Of a stretch of 64,000 bases of DNA, positions 11,836 through 24,149 are shown in pieces; the stretch's first letter is position 1, and every line of letters starts with the position of its first letter. The DNA comes from Azolla caroliniana (lineage: Eukaryota; Plantae; Polypodiophyta), in assembly GCA_043228905.1 (NCBI GenBank), contig JBHGNT010000013.1, positions 20,770,001 through 20,834,000 on the forward strand, read 5' to 3'. A program made the position numbers and the translations under genes. Under the pieces are notes generated by a model, which saw only the letters and a list, made by a program, of their open reading frames with translations, was not told the DNA's origin and ran no database searches.

Positions 11836-14800
11836 ATGAAGAAAGCCTCTCGTTTTTCCATTCTTGAATGCAAATGGATGATCCTTATTTCTTTTACCAT
11901 CATGGCTTCTGTTATTCTCTTGCTGGCTGCCATTGTGAAATTGGGTTCACGATCATCATCCTCATCGGCATCATCATCACTGGATCCATCTACGCACAAA
12001 ATATTTTCATCAGAACATACTGATGACATCTTCACGAAGTCATCACTCATCCCTTTGGACATGCCCATACCCCCAAGGTTTGCTTACCTAATGTCAGGAA
12101 CTAAGGGTGATACGAACAGCATGAAGAGACTCCTACAAGCTATTTATCATCCCCGGAATTTCTATTTACTCCACTTAGACCTTGAAGCTCCCATCGATGA
12201 AAGGATTACCCTCACAAAGTTTGTTAAACAATTCTCTTCTCTCCACAAATATGCCAATGTACACTTAGTGGAGAAACCCAATCTTGTTACTTATAAGGGT
12301 TCCACTATGATTGCATCAACGCTTCATGGAGCATCAATCTTGCTCAAACATAGCAGTGATTGGGATTGGTTCATTAATCTCAGTGCAACCGATTATCCCC
12401 TTGTAACTCAAGATGGTATGCTTTAAACTCTAAAACCCAAGAACTATCTATAGGGAAAGCCTTGGAAATACCCCTGATTTTGTCTTTATTTCCCAAAATG
12501 TGCTGACCAACCCCCCGAAGAAAATAATGGGGATTTCATCAACAGTATATTTTCTCAAATACCACATATGATTGAGGAAAAAAGGATGAATTGGCCATAG
12601 AAATGTTGAAATAGCACCATAGTTACTTGAGATGAGTTTGACCAAGAGCATTTCAGAAAAATGTAAACTTGGGAATATTTGGGAAATAAAGAGAAACTCG
12701 GGGGTATCTCTAAGGTTTCCATTTGTTTACATCCTTGAGAATTTGTGTACATATTCTCTGATTCGATGGAGTATTAAACATGATCCTGACAGATTTACTT
12801 CATGTCTTCTCATTCTTACCAAAGGATCTCAACTTCATCGAACATTCCAGTAACCTCGGTTGGAGAGAGTAAGTGTTCTCCGTGTTATTTTTTGTGTTGG
12901 ATGGAAATGGTTCACATCTGATTTTTTAGAAATTTTAGGTTCCAAAGAGCAAAGCCTCTCATTATCGATCCTGGTTTATACATGAACAAGAAGAGTGATG
13001 TCTTTTGGATTACACAAAGGCGACCTCTTCCTCAAGCGTTTAGACTTTTCATAGGTAACAAAAAATAAAAATCCGTAAGTGATTTATAAAATTATAGAAG
13101 TATTTTTATAAATTGTTGTATTACATAAGACATATTTGGTTATAAGAAGATATGGAATGAGAAGGATAGATGCTCTTTATTGATATTTTCTGTTTTATTT
13201 TATTTTCGTATGGGTGAGTGGTTGGTTCAACAAGAGTTACATTTGAAGAAAAAGATTTCCTGTAACAAAGGTGTGATATTGACTGTAACATTCTTGACTA
13301 CCTAGGAAAATGTATTGAAAAACATTGTCTTAATGTCTTTCACCATTAATTGGAGGCTAATACAACGCTTACAAATCCTTGATATGGGAGCAGATTATTA
13401 TATTCATAGTGAAGCTGCAATGGGCAACCTAATGACGATGATTCTAATGGTTCTCCAAAAGATATTGTTTCTTATGACATTTTTGGCCATGAGAGTATGA
13501 TGTACATAATGGGATGCAACATTCATGTATGCTGCTTGAATTTTTCCATGGACATGGTGATATTTTTTGCCATCCTTGAGGGTGTTCACTAGACATTTTG
13601 GTACTGGTTAGTTCTTTGAAGAATCATATTTATCAATGAATTCTTCATCATTATCATGTTTGTGTGATTTTCCTGGCTGGAATTTATGTCGTTCTCTGGT
13701 TCTAATGCTTCCGTCCATGAAGTTTATGAATGGGATTACTGAATAAATTCTTACACTTTAAAGTAGTGACAACTGCTAACTATAATATGAAAAGCAGAGT
13801 TTTCACTGACAATCTACGACACAGAAGATCAACGTAAGAGACAATGATCATATCAATTGAAGGGAACCAAATGCAGTTAGAACAGAGGGATGATACAATG
13901 GAGCTATATGCTCCTGAGCAATTACATATCTGACCTGGGGGCTGGAATTGAAAAAATAATGTTAGCTCTCTGACTAAGGTAACTATAACACTTTTAAGTT
14001 TTGGTTGCTGACCCATCTACTGCATTAACTTCTATCTGGCACTCTCGTTGTTGACCAGCCAACAACAAAAATGTACCATGCCGACAGGTTCTTGTCGGTA
14101 ACGAATTGGCCATTGACTACATTCCACAAGTGGCTGTGCTGTATTTTCAGTAAATATGGCATCTTTACGTATATAACCTCATGCATTGCCTATTGAATTT
14201 AGGAACGAGATTACCAAATTATTGTGCTTTGAATTAGTGGCAGCAATGTTTCCAAAGCGTCTTATTGATCAAGTATGGGCTGCTAACTACATCTCCTAAG
14301 TGGTCAAATTGCATTTTCAATATCTATCCTTATGATAAGCTTACATTTAGATGGGGGTCTTTAACATTTACCGTTTTCTTTTTAACATTCTAACCAACAA
14401 AAGGCATTTTATAGACTTATATAGAGGGTTATGGAGTTTTGATTGCGCAAAAATGGCTATGCCCAGTTCCCAAATACTTTCATGTGTGATGAAGATTTTG
14501 CTGGTGAGCTTTGTATGCCTCATATGGAGTTTTATGTTTTGGAGGGCATTTTACAGACATGAAGTGTTCTACCTATACCTTACAAAGAAACTGTTTATCA
14601 TTATGCATGCCACGTGCCATTGCAATGAGATACTTATTCTTGATCTCTGCCAAATTATTTGTTTGTGGACCATATGGAGTTATTCATTAATGGACGATCC
14701 CCTTCTCTAAATAAACATGGAACTCTTCTGATGTGTGCTCACTCACCTATACTATAATTTCAGCCAAACTCATGAATTATTTAAAGCAAGAGTAGGCATA

Positions 14801-16395
14801 TGTTTAGCCTTTGCAGCGTGAGAGATCTTCATAACTCTTATAAAAAGACTGTTCACAATACTGAATGGTAACCAGAGTATGTATCATATCTTGATCATAA
14901 TATTGAGTAGCTTGGGTAATTGTCACATCCTGATCTGTTTAAGCTCAATCATCATCATTATTCAAGGCCCAAATAAAAGTACCCATGTGGAGGTAAGCAA
15001 TCCATTTCATCTGATTAATTCAAAGCTAACTAGTACGGTCTGCAAATCTGATTTGGCTTCTTATATAGTGCAAATATGCACTCAACCAACCCTGACTGTT
15101 CTGGATATGCACTTTTATAGGATCAGTGTGTATCAACTTTCTATGAATGCGAGGTTGGTTTGTACATCACTTTATTTCCCTAGGAGAAGTTTCCGTTCAA
15201 GAACAGAGTTACATATGAAGGAAAGCCCCTAGACTGAAATAGAGACAAGGTCAAGATCTGAAAAGATGGTAGTTGATGTGCAGCGGCTTTAGTGTTTCCA
15301 TTCTCTATCTAGAATGTATAATGTTCAGTTTCTAGGGTTTCCAGATGTTCTGCTTGCTGCTGCTCCTCTCCTTTCTATACAAAAACAAACCAAAAGGGAA
15401 GGGAAACTTGGTTATCAATCATGACTAGTTGAAGAGTCACAGCAACAATTAAAATTAAGAGGTTGTAAATATTCAATAGAAGTTGGAGGGACTATATCTT
15501 ACATTGCAAATTTGACTTTTGACTTTTTTCAGATGTGAAGCTGCAGGGGCTGAATACTGTATTTTCTATATGAGAAAGCATGATTATCTTCCTTTGTTCT
15601 GCTACATTCAGCTTATTTTCTAATTATGCCAGTTCGTCTAGTTAAGGCTCTTGATGTTATCATGGATGATATAATGTTAGATTTGTCAATCCATGGGCAT
15701 TTTAAGGGAAGGTTATGCATAATTTGGATCACATGTCTCAAACATTGCACTGTCTGGATTTCATGTGATGTTTCCCAATCCGATTTTTATTTCTTTCTTA
15801 TGTGGTTTTGATATTATGTAATACCCACATTTTGTGGTCGAAAACAGAAGGCATGAAGATGAGTCCTGCTTGATTTTCTGCAGGATCAGCATGGGCGATC
15901 CTTTCAAGGGATTTTATGGAGTATTGCATCCATGGGTGGGATAATCTACCACGGACATTGTTACTATATTATACCAATTTTGTGTCCTCTCCAGAGAGCT
16001 ACTTTCATACAGTTATATGCAATTCACGGGACTTTCGGAATACAACTGTCAACGATGATCTACATTACATACTATGGGATAACCCACCGAGGCAGCATCC
16101 GATCACGTTGACTATTGAACATTTCAATAACATGACAGAAAACGGGGCAGCTTTTGCAAGGAAGTTTAGAGCAGATGATCCGATCTTGGATAAGATAGAT
16201 GAAGAGATCTTGGGTCGGAAACATGAGTATGTTACACCCGGAGGTTGGTGCATTGGTAATGATGAGTGGGGAGATACATGTGATGTATTAGGGGATCCTA
16301 ACATACTCAACCCGACACCTGGTGCAAAACGGCTCGAATCATTGCTTCTACGACGACTATCAAATGATGTATTCCGGGCAAATCAGTGTGCTTGA
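11836..16395 (+). CDS. GlcAT14: GT14 core-2/I-branching family beta-glucuronosyltransferase (GlcAT14-like); exons 11836-12415, 12793-12868, 12939-13054, 15884-16395
   Basis: N-terminal TM anchor, then PRFAYLMSG, YHPRNFYLLHLD, WDWFINLSATDYPLVTQD|DLLH, IIDPGLY, GSAW..LSRDFMEYCIHGWDNLPRTLLLYYTNFVSSPESYFHTVICN and AAFARKF. GT-AG introns keep the reading frame. Confidence 0.95.
12453..12720. mobile_element. older MULE-like MITE in GT14 intron 1
   Basis: Imperfect ~45-bp inverted termini: GGAAAGCCTTGGAAATACCCCTGATTTTGTCTTTATTTCCCAAA versus TTTGGGAAATAAAGAGAAACTCGGGGGTATCTCTAAGGTTTCC. No clean TSD. Confidence 0.6.
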
Positions 16396-18383
16396 AAAAA
16401 TAACTTTCAAGTAGTTTCAAAAAGCATAATGATAACACATCAATGAAGGGGGCAGTTGATGTTCTACCATTGCTATTGAATTCTCTATTAATTACTGAAT
16501 TGAAACTGAAAGACACATCAGAGGATACCAATGGTTCTTATAAATCTGACGGATATATTTCTCATGTGAAGTGGCCGCAAAAAGTTATTTATGCCTACCA
16601 GTAGCCATTTCAATTAATTTGTTTTGAAGGATTAGTGTATGACCATGGAAAATAAAAGAAAATTCCTATTTTAAGTATAGAATTTCTATACTTCAGCATT
16701 TTACATCTCATTTTTGTTCATTCATTCATTCATTGTTTCTTTCTAGAAGTCTTTGAAGTAATTGAATTTGCAAAATTTGTGTATTACAGCTTCATTTTTG
16801 GGTCTATTACAGCTTTTTATATTTCAGAATTATCATTTGGATAGAACCAGCAGTACTTTTCTCTAGATAATTGGTTGTTTTGGTCTATTACAGCTTTTCA
16901 CAATTCAGTATCTTTTCTCCACACATTCTATGGATGATAAAAATTCCAATTCTAATTCTTTTTTTCCTACGCCAATGGTTAGAACCACGAGTACTCTTTC
17001 CTATATCATCGATGGATAGGACCATGAGTAATATTGGATGTAGGTACGTGCACATTGTATCTGAAACTTGTCTTTGATATTAGGGTTTCGATTTCTAGCA
17101 AACTTAGTGTATGCACCATTGATCAAGGTACCATCAAGATTGACAAATTGAAGATATGCAACCATATGTGTTGCTCTATGTGGTACAACACTATCATATT
17201 GTCAGTGATATAGTACACCCCCCATATATCAGTATTCTTTTATTGTATTTCAATCTATACTCATTTGATTGTATCATCAATCTACACTCATTCGATTGTA
17301 TCATAAAGGTATCCTATCCTTTGTTGCATAATTAAATGTGTTGACATTATAGCCAATGGTAGAGTGCCTAATTTCATATTAATTTTTAGATGCGAAGAAA
17401 ATGTGTTGGCACATTTGAGCTTATATATTCCAATAAAGTAAATTATGGGACTCACTACATTATCCAATTTTTATAAGGGATGCTTGCTAGCATGGAGTTG
17501 ATAGCGATGTGCCTCAAAAGAAGTAAGAACCCAAAGTCAATATCTACGTAGGTCACTCAAACACTTCCGATTCTCATAAAAGGTACATGCATAAAAATGC
17601 TCTCTTTGACTCATGGTTGTATCATTGATCAAGAAAGTTATTGAAGTGAGCACCTTAGGCATGGAAAAAACGAAATGACAATGAAGCGTTTCTCTCTGAC
17701 CAGAAAATTAGGACACCATGTGTTAAGAAAAGGTGTGCATCAATTAGAGAGCATCAGTTCTCAATAAATAATAATGTGTGAATAGTTGCAAAATGGCTCA
17801 AATGTCGAACGGCCATTGCATGGCCCCCCTTTCCCTGTGATGGACTAGAATACCCGTGATCAAGGCCGTCCCGATCTTGGTTTGCGATTTCCATAATACC
17901 CCTACTCTAAAATATGCCAATTTCTTAAAGTGTGCATGGAGAAGTATCGATTTAAACGCAGTCAATCAACGTTTTCAAAGCAAAAGTATCGGTAGTAGGC
18001 CGATCCACATAAGTTACATGTCATAATGGACCCCTCTTAGCTCGACCTATACACATGTGGCGTAAAAGTATGTACCTCAAAGACATGACCCTATTATGTA
18101 TAGAAAGGTGGATAAGGGCAACCAAACAGACAGACAGAGAGAGATAGAGAAACTGTGGGCTTCTCGGAAAACAAGACATGGTTTTTTCAAAAAGAAAACC
18201 ATGGGGATGGAAATCAAACAAAAGAAAATCACATATAAATTGGAAAGGGCGATCAGATTTTGATGAAGAACACTGTCTAGTAGTTTCTAGAAGCTTCCCT
18301 CTAATTCCTCTCATCTTCTGCTCCTCTGCAGCTCTGCCTTCCATCTCTCTCCTTGCGTGTAACTCCTCTTGCACAATCTCGCC

Positions 18384-19882
18384 ATGTCTGAAGCTGTACC
18401 ATCAGACGGAGATCAGTACGCGTCCATTCCTCCTCGATCCGAATCTGAGGAGCGGTCTCATGTTGTTGCCGGCGATGGCACGCTTCCTCCTCCTTCCTCT
18501 GGTCGGAAATTTCTGATCGCTGTCGATGAGAGCGAGGAGAGCCTGTATGCCCTCACGTGGTCTCTTGAGCATCTCATCTTTCCCTCCTCTTTCGCATCGC
18601 ATGACCAAATCGTCCTTCTTCATGTCCAGAACCATCCTCAGGTCTTCATTGGTCCTGCTGGACCAGGTAAATACTTAATACAAAATCTCTTTGATCTTTT
18701 TCCATTTTCTTTTCTTTTCTTTCTTCTGTCCATTTTTGGAGTTCTTCCCACTGTCCCTTTACGAGATTGGGGTACTTCTTTCTTGCTTTCTAGCTCTACT
18801 TTCTTCCCCTTGCATTCTGGTTTTCTAATTATTTCATTCTTGCTCTCTGTCCACCTTCTAATTTCGACATTTTCTGCCATCTGATTCTTTAGTTTTGTCC
18901 GATCTCCTTGAATATGAGTTTTTTCTTTACTTCTTTCGTGATCATTTCCTATTTAAATTTTCCTTGTTTTCGTATGATTTACCTTTCTGACAGAATTCTT
19001 TCATCCTTGTTTTCTCGTTTTATTATCATCTCAATCCGTCCTGTCCAGAATAGGCTATCTTTTTTTTCTTTCCACTCCCAGTATGATCTTCGTGTATGTG
19101 GCATTTCCACTTATTTACCCTTCCAGGGTAGGGTTACTTCTTTGGGAAGGCATCTCTTGCAATATTCCTCACCTTCTCTTTTTCCTGTTTCAAGATCTCC
19201 CTTGCTGGTTTCCTCATTCAGGACTTCTTTCTCTCAGTTATCTATAATTTTCTTTAGCGGTTAGCGAGTATTCTGGACTTCTTTTTCTCCATTATCTATA
19301 ATTTTCATTCACGCTTAACGATTTATCACAGGCTTTTACATCACTCCAGAGATACTTGAGTCTGTTCGGAAAAGTCAAGATGAAGTCTCTAAACGAGTTC
19401 TTCTACGCGCCAAAACCCTGTGTGATGAGAAACAGGCGAGTCAATTTGTCATGTGGCAACGTCTGTTTCTTGCTCATTTGAATTTTCAAAGACCTTTTTG
19501 CTGTCTTATGATGTCAAATACGTGAAAATCCTGAATTTCAAAACACCTTTGTGTTGGGATTCTCAGCTAGCATCAGAGACAATGGTGGCCATTGGAGATC
19601 CGAGGGATGCTATCTGTGATGCAGTTGATCAACTCAATCCTACGTTCTTAATTGTCGGAAGCCATGGCTATGGTGCTATCAAAAGGTACCTTTTCAGATC
19701 ACGAACCTTAGTTGCGGTTATCTGTTTTGTTGTTTAGTTAGACGTTGAGATATTATCAATGATTTAATTTTTCTGGTTTCTTTCTGTGCATCTGTTGCAG
19801 GACTTTCCTTGGCAGTGTCAGTGACTATTGTGCTCATAAAGCTAAATGTCCTGTGGTCATTGTTAAGAAGCAGCATAAATGA
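18384..19882 (+). CDS. universal stress protein A-like (USP domain); exons 18384-18666, 19332-19435, 19567-19685, 19801-19882
   Basis: KFLIAVDESEESLYALTW, VLLHV, GDPRDAICDAV, LIVGSHGYGAIKR|TFLGSVSDYCAHKAKCPVVIVK. Intron 2 requires a GC donor (CAG|GCGAGT). Confidence 0.93.
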
Positions 19883-20167
19883 GAAGAAATTTGTCTCCAA
19901 GAGTGTTGGCCCTAGTGTCTTATGTCGGTGCTTTTTTCAATTCAGTAATATAATCATATATATAGAATTGGGCAGTGGAAGTGTAACCTATTGTAATACT
20001 TTTTAATCTAATACAATTTTGTTGATACAATTTAACCTGTCTTATACATATCCAATGCGTCTTTCTATCTCAAGAATGAGAATCTTGCTGATGGAAAAAA
20101 TAATTGTGTTACCTGAGTTGGTCTTGTGGATGTCCAACTGTACCTCTGCTTTCAGAGCATTGTCAGG

Positions 20168-20642
20168 TAGGGATTGGCAACGGTTCGGTTTAGGCTTAGC
20201 CGGTTGGTTTGGATAGCCTAAACCGTTTAGGGGTATTAAAACCTGAACCAAACCAAACCCTAAACCGGTGTGGCTTAAACTGGCTTGTGAACCGGTTTGG
20301 TAGAGAACAACAATACTTTATATTGAACTTCATAATTTTACTACAATTAAATCACTTAAACGGCTTAGCTGATTTGGGAGGCTCAAGCTGAGCTGAGCTG
20401 TTTGTGAACCGGTTTGATAGAAAACAACAATACTATTACAATGAATATTCAACTTCATACCATATTTTTATTACAATTTATATTGAACTTCATAATTTTA
20501 TTACAATTAAATCACTTAAACCGCTTAGCCGGTTTGGGAGGATCAAGCCAAGCCGAGCAGAGTTCAAACTGTTAAGGCAGGCTCAAACCTAAGCCTAGCA
20601 GAGCCGGTTTACCCAAACAGTTTAGGTTTGAGCCCAAACCAT
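20168..20642. mobile_element. hAT-like non-autonomous element (AAACCG-rich)
   Basis: Starts TAGGGATTGGCAACGGTTCGG, has many AAACCG/CGGTTT motifs and an internal duplication. The right TIR is degenerate. Confidence 0.7.
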
Positions 20643-21228
20643 TCATGAAATATGTCAGGATAGTTGATGGACCTGGGTGATGTTCCAAGGTTTGATGCAG
20701 GACAAATATTTTATTCCTATAACAGCATGATTTTAAAGCTTCGCCACAATACTCGTATATGGCAGGTTGATGAGGCAATACCAAACATACATGTATGTGT
20801 ATATGAGCTATATGAAAAATCTTGATCTGTGAATTTGAGGATCTAACTGTTTGGAGATGAGTACCATTATTTACTCATGAAAGAGGACCCATTGCTCATA
20901 ATTGAAATTTTTCATTTAACGTTTGTCTTCGGCCCAGAGCATTGTCAATTAGTGAAACTCTGAATAAATGCATATTATAAGAAAAGCCTGAATAGATGCA
21001 TGTTAGTGAAAGTGCACGTGATAGCACCACCTGCTCACGAGCACAGAATGGTACATGCTTTGGTTTTTGATTATTTTGTACTGCATTATGATATGTTGTA
21101 AAAGCTCAGTCAAAAACCTACATGTCAGACTAGTATTACAACACATGAAAAAAATGGAGACAGGAATTAATCTCAACTCAGGACAGCAGGTGTCCTGTGA
21201 AAGTGTTATTTTAATAGAGAATCAAAAG

Positions 21229-21421
21229 ACAATAGGACAGCTCAAACCCCATGCCTAAGTCCACACTAAACATTTCAAGTTCTTATTGTTGTTGGTACAA
21301 ATTTTCAATGGACCATCTCCTTAACACAATAGGACAGCTCAAACTCCATGCCTAGATCCACACTAAAGAATTCAAGTTCTTATTGTTATTGGTACAAATT
21401 TTAAACGGACCATCTCCTTAT
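21229..21421. repeat. ~97-bp tandem duplication
   Basis: ACAATAGGACAGCTCAAA...GGACCATCTCCTTA occurs at 21229 and 21326. Confidence 0.9.
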
Positions 21422-21778
21422 GCATAAGCATAACATAAATCAAAGAATAGGATTTGATTTGATCACATGGAAGATTCGTTTTTCATGCTGCATTTCCATG
21501 TGAGCACAGCAAAGTGCCTTCCTTTTTGCCAGGCTAATCATGTTGACGTTGTGGAAACGCACTACATACCATTGTTATCAGCAATCCAAATTGTGATTTC
21601 TACATATACCAAATATCCTTTCAATCATCACTATATATACAACATGTACAATTCACGTGGGGGAAGACAATCTTTCGAAACCACATCACGCGTTTAATGC
21701 TTGTAAAAACTTGGTATGACACACATTTACTGTCTGAACAATAATGATTCACCTAATCAATGGATCAGCAATGGGTCA

Positions 21779-23021
21779 TCAACTTCGTTCTAGGTTGATT
21801 GAAACTGCAGCTCCTCTTTCAGAATATCCATTTCCAGAAGGTTGAGAGCTACTACTTGGACCCAAACCTGACGATTCGTTGATTCGTGGGAATGAAAATT
21901 GTGCCTCGATTTGATTCATCACTCTTTCTTCCCACATTCTACGTGAATCACTTGTCTCGAGGTTATCATCACGGTGATGTGCAGTATCATTGACAACAAC
22001 AGAGCATTCACTGATATTTCCATCTTCATCAAGTAGGAGAGAGGTTCGGCAGATAGGACATGTTACGTTTTTCGACAACCATTCATCAATGCATTCAACA
22101 TGGAAGGAATGACCACATGTTGGCAACTGGAGTAGCTTCTCATTGAGTTGATAATCACCAAGACAAACTGTGCATCTGCCATAAAATGCAAAACAAATTT
22201 GTCAAGACAAATGACAAAAACCATATAACTTTATGGTTGTAAATGATGTAAGATTTGCAAAAGCGATTGTAGCTTTTATAGAAGAGTATCGATGCAAAAA
22301 AAACAGTAAAATTTAATGAGAAAGTCAAGAAAAAGATAGGTAAAGAAAACAAAATACTGTGTTTGTTCGGACATGGCTGCAAACTTTGCATCGAAGTTGA
22401 TGATGGGTAGCATTTCTCTGAATGACTTGGTAAGGCCATGAATCATATCTGGCTGTAATTAGAACAAACATGTTTCATAGAAACTTCAACATATAACACA
22501 TACAATCCTTTTCCCTTAGGAAACAAGATTTCATCATGTGTACAGAAATGTGTGATGTAATGCTTCCTATAAAAGTAGGCAACTTTTACAAAATATTCAG
22601 CATAATTTTTTATAGAATAAAAGACTAACTATTTTGCTCCATAATTTCCTTATAATACATCTTTCATTTTCAATCAATAGATAAAAGAACACAACTACTT
22701 TTTTATCCTTCACAATTAGGCTTTAAAATAACTTTTCAAGCTAGGCTTGATGAAACAATAGAATAACAGCTAAAATAAATAGATGCATATTCGGCAAGAA
22801 AGACTCACAGAATCCATGAAACCGTGAATAGTAAATTCTTGGCCCCTTATCTGTGAGCGGATGCTTGCACTACGCTGCCGCCGAGTATAAAGAATGCAGA
22901 AAAGTAATAACAACATAGAAGCAAAGAGTACAGGTGTACCAAAGATAATCCCTTGGTAAAGTTTAATTTTAGAAGTAAGTTCATCTCCACGAAGATTGGT
23001 GGAGTTGCCTCCACTTGACAT
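21779..23021 (-). CDS. ATL: ATL-family RING-H2 E3 ubiquitin ligase; exons 23021-22809, 22452-22358, 22175-21779
   Basis: TM segment IIFGTPVLFASMLLLLFCILY, a basic patch, GLD-like GLTKSFREMLP, and RING-H2 CTVCLGDY...LPTCGHSFHVECIDEWL..NVTCPICR. GT-AG introns are in frame. Confidence 0.93.
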
Positions 23022-23309
23022 CTCTTGCAGACCTTAGATTTTACCTTTGTTTCGTTCAATTTCCGTCTCCAATGGTTCTGTTTGCAACAGGATGAAAAAG
23101 TAGTTCAAAACAATGTGTTATACAGAATAATCAATCCCTTTTCTTTAAACATTGAATGAGATTTCACATCGATGGAGTGATGGTCTGTGGGTCATAGGTC
23201 ATTTTCGCTTCATGAAGTCTTTGTATAATATTCCATTTTAGTCTCACCTCTCTCTATTATCTAAATTGTGGTTGTTGATAAACTTGTGATACCGATTCTT
23301 CTCCACGAA

Positions 23310-23897
23310 CATGACAGATTTGTAAAAACCTTTAATCTCAATGATCGCCTGCATGATGAGGACCAAAGCATTAGTGCCCCATTACATATTCCAGGCAGAT
23401 ATGGGAGCAGCCCCAATCGTGACCAAGCCAATATTAATATCAGTGACTGGTATCCGATAGATTTGGTAGCTTTCTAAGAAAAGGTATTCAAGGCTTGCAA
23501 TTATGGCAACAAAACAGCTCACTGGATACGAGATAAACATTTTTGGTATGCTGAAATGGTTCCAATTGCACATAGAAACACACTACCCCATTCCAATATA
23601 TCTTAGATTGTCCACAATTGATCATAACATGACAGACTTGAAGAAACCTTTAATCTCAATGAATGCCTGCCTGATGAGGACCAAAGCATCAATGCCCCAT
23701 TATACAATCCAGCCAGACATAGAACCAGCCCCAATGGTGACCAAGCCAATATTAATATCAGTGACTGGTATCAGATAGATTTGGTAGCTTTCTAAGGAAA
23801 GGTATTCAAGGCTTGCAATTATGGCAACTAAACAGCTTGCTGGATATGGAGATAAACATTTTTGGTATGCTGAAATGTAGAAATGGTTCCAATTGTT
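23310..23897. repeat. diverged direct duplication (period ~319 bp)
   Basis: CATGACAGA...CCTTTAATCTCAATGA...AAATGGTTCCAATTG occurs at ~23310-23568 and ~23629-23895. Confidence 0.85.
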
Positions 23898-24149
23898 GAA
23901 CATGATCAAAATGGATAAACAACACAAGGCCTTGGTTCCCTACACAAGGTTATGTAATACAAAGACATAAGGGGCTTGGGACTACTTTTCCTAGAAATCA
24001 AGAAATATAGAGAGAAATTGTTGTAAAAAACACAACACGTCATCAAAAAAGACTAGCATGACTTTCTTTAGCTCCATCACTCATACAAGTCAATCACGGG
24101 TAACACAAATAGGGCCTTGAGTAGTACAAATTTGATGACCAAAATGTAT

